From Vicugna vicugna (lineage: Eukaryota), in NCBI GenBank assembly GCA_013265495.1, contig MU060807.1, forward strand, positions 428,921 to 492,920: a stretch of DNA of 64,000 bases, read 5' to 3'. A model generated the notes under the pieces. The model worked only from the letters and a program-made list of their open reading frames with translations. It was not told where the DNA came from and made no database searches. Of the stretch, positions 61,401-64,000 are shown piece after piece. Both the position numbers and the translations under genes were made by a program. The stretch's first letter is position 1, and every line of letters begins with the position of its first letter.

Positions 61401-62880
61401 TGGGCACGCGCCGGCCACCCTCACACCCGCCCTTAACGCAGGGGAGGGAGACCACGCGTCTCCTCGGGGCTCTTCCCCACAAGTCACCTGCTGAGGCTGA
61501 AGGGTCTGGGGACCTGGGTTCAGATTCAGCCCTGCCGCCAGCCAGGCACCCGGCCTTGACGACTGAGCTCTTACTCCCATGCTCCGACGCCGGCTGTGTG
61601 GCCTTGGGGCTGTTGCTTAGCGTCTCTGAGGGTGTGCGGAGTGGGGACGATGTTTTACGAGTGCCAGGAGCTTGTAGGGGATCAGGTGAATTATTTAAGG
61701 AAAAAAAGCACTCAGAGCAGACGCTGCTCAGAGTGAACCCTCAGTGGACGTGATGTGACCGTTGTGTGACTGTTGGAGCGGCCTCTGCCCCTGAGGCCTG
61801 CTCCTTGGGCCCATCACGGGTCCCTGCCTGCTCCCTTTGGCGCCTCCTTGGGGCACGGCGGGTATCACTGAAGCACAGTGAAAGAGAAAGCCGGCAGCTG
61901 TGAGGCTGCCACCCACGAGGTGACCAGGGGTCCCTTGCAGGTGCTACATAACCTTGACCCAGTCCCTCCACCTGATCATGGGTGGAGCCCCCGCTGGCCC
62001 CGCTGGGACCGGCAAGACGGAGACCACCAAGGACCTGGGCAGAGCCCTGGGCACCATGGTCTATGTCTTCAACTGCTCCGAGCAAATGGACTACAAGGTA
62101 GGTGGGGAGGACCCCAGACAGCCCCTCCCCCAGGAGCCCGCAGCCCCCATCCCCCAAGGGAGCTCTAGGTGTCTGGACACTGCAGGCCGACCCTGGGCGG
62201 GAGGTGCCCGCTCCCCAGTTTGCTGATGGCGTCCACCAGACAGGCGGGCTGAGCAGCTGCACCCCCCTGGCGGCCTTGACCTTCCTGGGAGGCTGGGCCT
62301 CTTGGGCATGACCAGTGTGTCTGGCAGAGGCCCTCAGGGTGGACAGCCCCAGCCTCAAGCGTCCTGCCCTGCCCTGCCCGTGGAGAATCATCTTGATTGT
62401 CCAGCTGGGATCTGGAGTCCCTCCGCCCTGCCTTAGACCACAGCCTCCCCCTTTGCATGCTTGGAAAGAGGCAAGGGCTGAACTTGACACGAACGTGCTT
62501 ATCCGAGCCCAGGCAAAGCCCCCATCCCAGGGAGGGACCGGGAGCCAAGGGCGTCATGGGGAAAGGATGGGCTCTTCCTGGCACCTGGCCTTGTACAGTG
62601 CTAACCCTTCTGGGGGAGCAGACATCCTGCCTTTAGCCTTCCGAGGGCCCCAACCTTCCCGAGCTGACCGCCGGTCCAGGGGTCGTGGATGGGCCTGCGG
62701 GTGAGGCTGGCAGGGCCAGGGGAGGCTTCCCCACAGGGTCTCCCATGCACGCTTCTCCCATCTCACCCCTTCTAGTCCTGTGGGAATATCTACAAGGGCC
62801 TGGCCCAGACGGGAGCCTGGGGCTGCTTTGATGAGTTTAACCGAATCTCCGTGGAGGTCTTGTCGGTGATTGCCGTGCAG
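13087..62880 (+). CDS. DNAH17: Dynein axonemal heavy chain 17, 5' part (36 coding exons, 1915 aa, continues beyond the window)
   Basis: Spliced exons give one open frame: [27 protein letters not shown]... to ...[19 protein letters not shown]...[23 protein letters not shown]. This closely matches the human DNAH17 N-terminus as I recall it. Exon phases are all compatible; 34 internal introns are GT-AG and one is GC-AG. Confidence 0.96.
13850..13920 (+). mobile_element. MIR core fragment
   Basis: gtgacttagctttctgag...ttctcctcatctgtgaaatggga. Confidence 0.55.
14060..14335 (-). mobile_element. MaLR LTR (MLT1-like)
   Basis: tcttatcctctccttgtaagg...agggcccacttaatcacctcctgaaaggccct...gtcacatcccgaggtgctgggg. 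Confidence 0.7.
14605..14798 (+). CDS. DNAH17: DNAH17 exon 3 (194 nt)
   Basis: tttcctttcAG|[12 protein letters not shown]...TLESMDR|gtaggg. Confidence 0.95.
15646..15838 (+). CDS. DNAH17: DNAH17 exon 4 (193 nt)
   Basis: ctctgcAG|[15 protein letters not shown]...LKCIHEQ|gtgccg. Confidence 0.95.
16022..16121 (+). CDS. DNAH17: DNAH17 exon 5 (100 nt)
   Basis: ttgtctcAG|[15 protein letters not shown]...NVTE|gtgagc. Confidence 0.95.
16373..16458 (+). CDS. DNAH17: DNAH17 exon 6 (86 nt)
   Basis: cctgggcAG|[15 protein letters not shown]...ADFTM|gtaggc. Confidence 0.95.
16665..16790 (+). CDS. DNAH17: DNAH17 exon 7 (126 nt)
   Basis: tctccccAG|[16 protein letters not shown]...QLIEM|gtagcc. Confidence 0.95.
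17148..17705 (-). mobile_element. L1 3' end (artiodactyl type)
   Basis: Poly-T then gtatagttgatttacaatgtt...ttagattccatatataagtgatatcat...ctaggtccattcatgttgctgcaaatggc. Confidence 0.85.
18519..18671 (+). CDS. DNAH17: DNAH17 exon 8 (153 nt)
   Basis: ggcccAG|[13 protein letters not shown]...MKLFFK|gtacgc. Confidence 0.95.
18802..18888 (+). CDS. DNAH17: DNAH17 exon 9 (87 nt)
   Basis: ccccTAGAAG|[12 protein letters not shown]...RVQTIE|gtaaag; tandem NAGNAG acceptor. Confidence 0.92.
20572..20739 (+). CDS. DNAH17: DNAH17 exon 10 (168 nt)
   Basis: ctcccctAG|[19 protein letters not shown]...DPGDS|gtaagt. Confidence 0.95.
20983..21099 (+). CDS. DNAH17: DNAH17 exon 11 (117 nt)
   Basis: cactttcAG|[12 protein letters not shown]...ESCAK|gtacgt. 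Confidence 0.95.
22470..22670 (-). mobile_element. Old L1M 3' fragment
   Basis: gagatataattcacatcc...gttgtgcaaccatc...caattttaggacattttcatc. Confidence 0.65.
22727..22855 (+). mobile_element. Camelid SINE (Vic-1-like) with TSD aaattgag
   Basis: gggtatagctcagttgtagag...gcttagcatgcatgaggtcctgggttca; aaattgag at 22719-22726 and 22856-22863. Confidence 0.85.
23300..23480 (-). mobile_element. MIR fragment
   Basis: attatctcatctcattctcacaa...cccaaggtcacacagctag. Confidence 0.55.
26052..26240. other. Assembly gap (189 N) inside L1
   Basis: Run of N. Confidence 1.
26757..26885 (-). mobile_element. Camelid SINE (Vic-1-like) inserted in L1 ORF2
   Basis: 11-bp TSD caaaagctttt at 26746-26756 and 26886-26896. 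Confidence 0.9.
28189..28324. other. Assembly gap (136 N) inside L1 ORF2
   Basis: Run of N. Confidence 1.
31108..31543 (+). mobile_element. MaLR solo LTR (MLT1-like)
   Basis: gggttgaactgtgtcctcca...gacttgtggcctccag...gaataaattccccttgtt...gtgtcacagcggccccagg. Confidence 0.8.
32144..32409 (+). CDS. DNAH17: DNAH17 exon 12 (266 nt)
   Basis: tctccccAG|[13 protein letters not shown]...KHIEHP|gtgagt; follows an 11-kb intron. Confidence 0.95.
33086..33281 (+). CDS. DNAH17: DNAH17 exon 13 (196 nt)
   Basis: gatttcAG|[14 protein letters not shown]...VNFSKA|gtgggt. Confidence 0.95.
33780..34900 (-). mobile_element. L2 fragments
   Basis: ttcattctttcattcaacaaatatttactgggcacctactctgtg (L2 3' end) plus degenerate L2 body. 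Confidence 0.65.
35429..35575 (+). CDS. DNAH17: DNAH17 exon 14 (147 nt)
   Basis: tgctctAG|[11 protein letters not shown]...VGWYDE|gtgagc. Confidence 0.95.
35680..35988 (-). mobile_element. MaLR LTR (MLT1-like)
   Basis: gattgcactgggcccacc...aatcacgtctgcaaa...ggggattaggacgtgggcgtctttggggaccattat...cccaca. Confidence 0.7.
37932..38160 (+). mobile_element. Camelid SINE (Vic-1-like) with a nested 58-bp L1 tail
   Basis: SINE head 37932-38010; tail interrupted at 38028-38085 between 14-bp repeats aaatagtgaataaa. Confidence 0.85.
38255..38340 (-). mobile_element. Short L1 3' terminal fragment
   Basis: tttttaactgaagcacagtcagtcacactgtgtcagtctctggtgcacagc. Confidence 0.65.
39031..39139 (+). CDS. DNAH17: DNAH17 exon 15 (109 nt)
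   Basis: gttttgcAG|[14 protein letters not shown]...YWNGD(G)|gtacca; weak donor. Confidence 0.93.
39156..39291 (-). mobile_element. Camelid SINE (Vic-1-like) beside the exon 15 donor
   Basis: 12-bp TSD caaagccacatt at 39144-39155 and 39292-39303. Confidence 0.9.
39610..39713 (+). CDS. DNAH17: DNAH17 exon 16 (104 nt)
   Basis: cattcttAG|(G)[10 protein letters not shown]...SQAMK|gtgagt. Confidence 0.95.
40535..40930 (-). mobile_element. MaLR solo LTR (MLT1-like)
   Basis: gtctcacagtcctggaggctgg...gtgtcctcatcccctcttctcatcaggac...gcagtcacatcctgagatgttagaggttaggacttcaa. Confidence 0.8.
41524..41664 (+). CDS. DNAH17: DNAH17 exon 17 (141 nt)
   Basis: tccttccAG|[11 protein letters not shown]...IQAMVA|gtaagg. 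Confidence 0.95.
41747..41986. other. Assembly gap (240 N) in intron 17
   Basis: Run of N; exons 17 and 18 join in frame, so no exon is missing. Confidence 1.
42000..42420 (-). mobile_element. L2 fragment
   Basis: cagaggtgacgtttgagctgaaacctggaag...gtcagcctggtgcgttgaagaagc. Confidence 0.5.
42468..42611 (+). CDS. DNAH17: DNAH17 exon 18 (144 nt)
   Basis: gtttgcAG|[10 protein letters not shown]...DNMVVD|gtaagt. Confidence 0.95.
43346..43528 (+). CDS. DNAH17: DNAH17 exon 19 (183 nt)
   Basis: tgtttcAG|[11 protein letters not shown]...RMSYK|gtcagt. Confidence 0.95.
44830..45365 (-). mobile_element. ERV solo LTR (MER21/MER77-like)
   Basis: gggccacg...ctggtacctggcctggg...gataaaggaggtgg...ggctggtttgtacatg...aagatgtcaaagc. 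Confidence 0.65.
46048..46302 (+). CDS. DNAH17: DNAH17 exon 20 (255 nt)
   Basis: ccctcccAG|[12 protein letters not shown]...QFQQQ|gtgtgt. Confidence 0.95.
46388..46815 (-). mobile_element. L1 3' end (artiodactyl type)
   Basis: Poly-T then aattgaaatacggttgatttacaatattgcattagtttctggtgtacagca...ctaggtccacccatgttgctg. Confidence 0.85.
46845..47390 (-). mobile_element. ERV solo LTR (MER21/MER77-like)
   Basis: actcacagttcccaagaggaggagggcacgcc...cacctggccctggggtgagtagggcagg...gggcagtccctccagggtcagtgaggccccagatg. Confidence 0.75.
47801..47970 (+). CDS. DNAH17: DNAH17 exon 21 (170 nt)
   Basis: gtcttccAG|[11 protein letters not shown]...NHVVN|gtgggt. Confidence 0.95.
48447..48669 (+). CDS. DNAH17: DNAH17 exon 22 (223 nt)
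   Basis: cccctcAG|(S)[10 protein letters not shown]...HMKLQ|gtagac. Confidence 0.95.
49463..49547 (-). mobile_element. Camelid SINE (Vic-1-like), short tail
   Basis: ccaggacctcacgcatgctgagcacgtgctctacccctgagctgtgccctcccc. Confidence 0.8.
50243..50359 (+). CDS. DNAH17: DNAH17 exon 23 (117 nt)
   Basis: cctgtgcAG|[11 protein letters not shown]...CQQFE|gtaagg. Confidence 0.95.
50386..50446. other. Assembly gap (61 N) in the G-rich intron 23
   Basis: Run of N flanked by GGGGC-type repeats. Confidence 1.
50544..50630 (+). CDS. DNAH17: DNAH17 exon 24 (87 nt)
   Basis: ctcccgcAG|[10 protein letters not shown]...KSLNK|gtattc. Confidence 0.95.
51491..51643 (+). CDS. DNAH17: DNAH17 exon 25 (153 nt)
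   Basis: cccctgcAG|[10 protein letters not shown]...DMIIM|gtgaga. Confidence 0.95.
52810..53200. mobile_element. Old MaLR LTR (MLT1-like)
   Basis: cagtcggtataagctaggttactctgcagtaacaaacaaccc...ttctaccccatagtgtcaggtgtcactcactt. Confidence 0.6.
53338..53586 (+). CDS. DNAH17: DNAH17 exon 26 (249 nt), linker region
   Basis: ccatcacAG|[13 protein letters not shown]...[13 protein letters not shown]|gtactg. Confidence 0.95.
53645..53802. mobile_element. hAT MITE (MER53-like)
   Basis: gaaattcttaattttttaacaaagggccccacaattttcattttgcactgggctccacaa. Confidence 0.65.
53915..54110 (+). mobile_element. L1 3' end (camelid/artiodactyl type)
   Basis: tatacaaaatagataaacaaca...aatatgaaaaggaatatatat...actgaatcactacgctgt...tatgcttcaattataaaaaaaa. 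Confidence 0.75.
54640..55160. mobile_element. MaLR LTR remnants (MLT1-like)
   Basis: ccctggaggccagaagtctaaaatcaaggtgtcggcagggct...atcggatttaggcccc...ggggacacttttcaaccca. Confidence 0.75.
55364..55486 (+). CDS. DNAH17: DNAH17 exon 27 (123 nt)
   Basis: ttccccgtAG|[10 protein letters not shown]...SGMEK|gtagcc. Confidence 0.95.
55975..56450 (-). mobile_element. Old L1MB-like 3' end
   Basis: ttattgagctataattcacataccataccattcacctatttaaag...ggcaaccactaaccc...aatagcattccattgtacgg. Confidence 0.8.
56554..56901 (+). CDS. DNAH17: DNAH17 exon 28 (348 nt)
   Basis: cccccgaAG|[10 protein letters not shown]...[12 protein letters not shown]...DLEFK|gtgagc. Confidence 0.95.
57002..57093 (+). CDS. DNAH17: DNAH17 exon 29 (92 nt)
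   Basis: tcttcccAG|[10 protein letters not shown]...TLKK|gtgggt. Confidence 0.95.
57517..57643 (+). CDS. DNAH17: DNAH17 exon 30 (127 nt)
   Basis: ccccacAG|(S)[26 protein letters not shown]...NDPVE|gtaggc; conserved dynein FPRFYF motif. Confidence 0.96.
58404..58556 (+). CDS. DNAH17: DNAH17 exon 31 (153 nt)
   Basis: caacccAG|VSRHLSKLF...DLSGQ|gtgagt. Confidence 0.95.
58865..58960 (+). mobile_element. MIR fragment
   Basis: ccaggttctaatccctgttc. Confidence 0.4.
59842..59967 (+). CDS. DNAH17: DNAH17 exon 32 (126 nt)
   Basis: atccccAG|VEVWLNRVL...DYPAQ|gtcagg. Confidence 0.95.
60113..60220 (+). CDS. DNAH17: DNAH17 exon 33 (108 nt)
   Basis: gttttcAG|[10 protein letters not shown]...YNKKQ|gtgcgt. 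Confidence 0.95.
60846..60977 (+). CDS. DNAH17: DNAH17 exon 34 (132 nt), non-canonical GC donor
   Basis: cttctgcAG|ISQLNALIT...[16 protein letters not shown]|GCacgc; protein homology resumes at VESAQAF, which forces a GC donor. Confidence 0.88.
61239..61399 (+). CDS. DNAH17: DNAH17 exon 35 (161 nt)
   Basis: ccctgcAG|[17 protein letters not shown]...[17 protein letters not shown]|gtgggc. Confidence 0.96.
61941..62097 (+). CDS. DNAH17: DNAH17 exon 36 (157 nt), AAA1 P-loop
   Basis: ccttgcAG|(R)CYITLTQSL...GPAGTGKT (61996-62019)...[10 protein letters not shown]|gtaggt. Confidence 0.97.
62776..62880 (+). CDS. DNAH17: DNAH17 exon 37 (105 nt), AAA1 Walker B
   Basis: ccttctAG|[35 protein letters not shown]|gtggga. 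Confidence 0.97.
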
Positions 62881-64000
62881 GTGGGAGCCGCGCGGTCTCT
62901 GGGGCACGTACGGGGACTCACTGCTCTGCGGGCCCGGGGCTCATCAGCTTCCCTGTAGGGCCGGCCTCCGGGAGTGGGGATGTGGCACAAACCTGACCCC
63001 AGCCCTGCCCTCTGGGGACTCGCACCCTGGCTGGGCATGTGGGAGGGAAACAGTCGGACACGGTGGCATATGTGTAACCGAATATAGACCAGGGGTAATT
63101 AATCTTGCTTAGGGGACCAGGACAGTGGGTTTTGTTTCGGTGGCCAGTGGAGTTGGGCGTTGAAGGATGCATAGGAGTTTATTAGGGAGCTTGGAAGGAG
63201 GGAGGAAATATGCCTGGGTATTTTGGGAACACTCGTGACAGAGTGCAGGACCCACAGTGGGGACAGTGTGGAGCAGGGTTCTCAGATGCAGGGAGCAGCC
63301 CACCCCAGCATGAGCCCTGCTCCTTAAAGTCGCCCGAGTGGGCCCCACCCCACATGTTTTAAGCACGGAGGTTCTTAACTGTTCTGGCGTTGAGAACTGC
63401 TGGGCTTTCTCAGGTAAGATGGGCCAACATCTTCGAGGTCCAGTTCGACCTTGATATTCCAAAAGGAAGGGGAAATCGGGTTGCTAATGGCGCTGAGACC
63501 CCTCCCTCCGCTCCCACGGTCGATGAGTAAATACAGGCTTCCTGGGGCCGACCTTGTAGACCACAGGTGAGGCAAGGCCGCAGAGCCAGGCTGAACAGCC
63601 CCTCTGGTCACACTGAGCAGGCGGGAGGAGCAGAGGAGGGTGTGGGCGTGGTGAGTCCAGCCCAGCGGCCACCCAGGACCCGCAGTCTGGGTGCGGAGCC
63701 TGATTGAAATTTACCAACTTAAGTGTAGTTCTGCTCTTTATTTGAACTCTCCGTGCCTCCATTCTCTAACCTGTGAAGTGGGTTCACTGGCAGGATTAGC
63801 AGTGGATGCGGGTAGCTGGCCTCCTCCCCTGTTGTTTCCCTCCTTAGACACAGACACTGAACTGTCCCTGGGGCCGAGGGCCGGTAAGGCAGAGAGGATG
63901 AGGGCGGCCAGTGTCCCCAGACCCATGGGCAGTGCTGACCTCTGCTTTGCGGACCCCTGCTCCCCTACAAGGCGGCACACAGACCCCAGAATATTTACAT

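Noticed and set aside
1-64000. CRISPR array, prokaryotic operon or foreign insert
   Set aside because: No regular repeat-spacer array, no intronless gene cluster and no compositional break beyond L1 and AT-rich repeats; the window is explained by DNAH17 plus mammalian repeats.

Overview
Mammalian genomic DNA, GC-rich, with four short N gaps. Seven copies of a tRNA-derived SINE matching the camelid Vic-1 type point to a camel, alpaca or llama. The window holds the 5' part of one large gene on the + strand: DNAH17, the sperm-flagellum axonemal dynein heavy chain. I traced 36 coding exons from ATG 13087 to 62880. They join in frame to 5745 nt (1915 aa) with no stop or frameshift, covering the tail, the linker and AAA1 (Walker A GPAGTGKT, Walker B CFDEFNR). 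The gene runs off the right end. Exons are numbered 2-37 on the assumption of one non-coding first exon, as I recall for human DNAH17. The first ~13 kb is intergenic/promoter DNA rich in LTR, L1 and SINE relics. The introns carry L1 (one rearranged 4.6-kb copy), MaLR, ERV LTR, MIR, L2 and hAT remnants. I found no second protein-coding gene and no evidence of a novel multi-gene system. The best leads are splice-level features of DNAH17: a GC-AG intron with a competing in-frame GTAAGT donor just before AAA1, a 14-nt intronic inverted copy of the exon 30 donor, and a lineage-specific SINE next to the weak exon 15 donor. Repeat family names are from recall and need RepeatMasker/Dfam confirmation.
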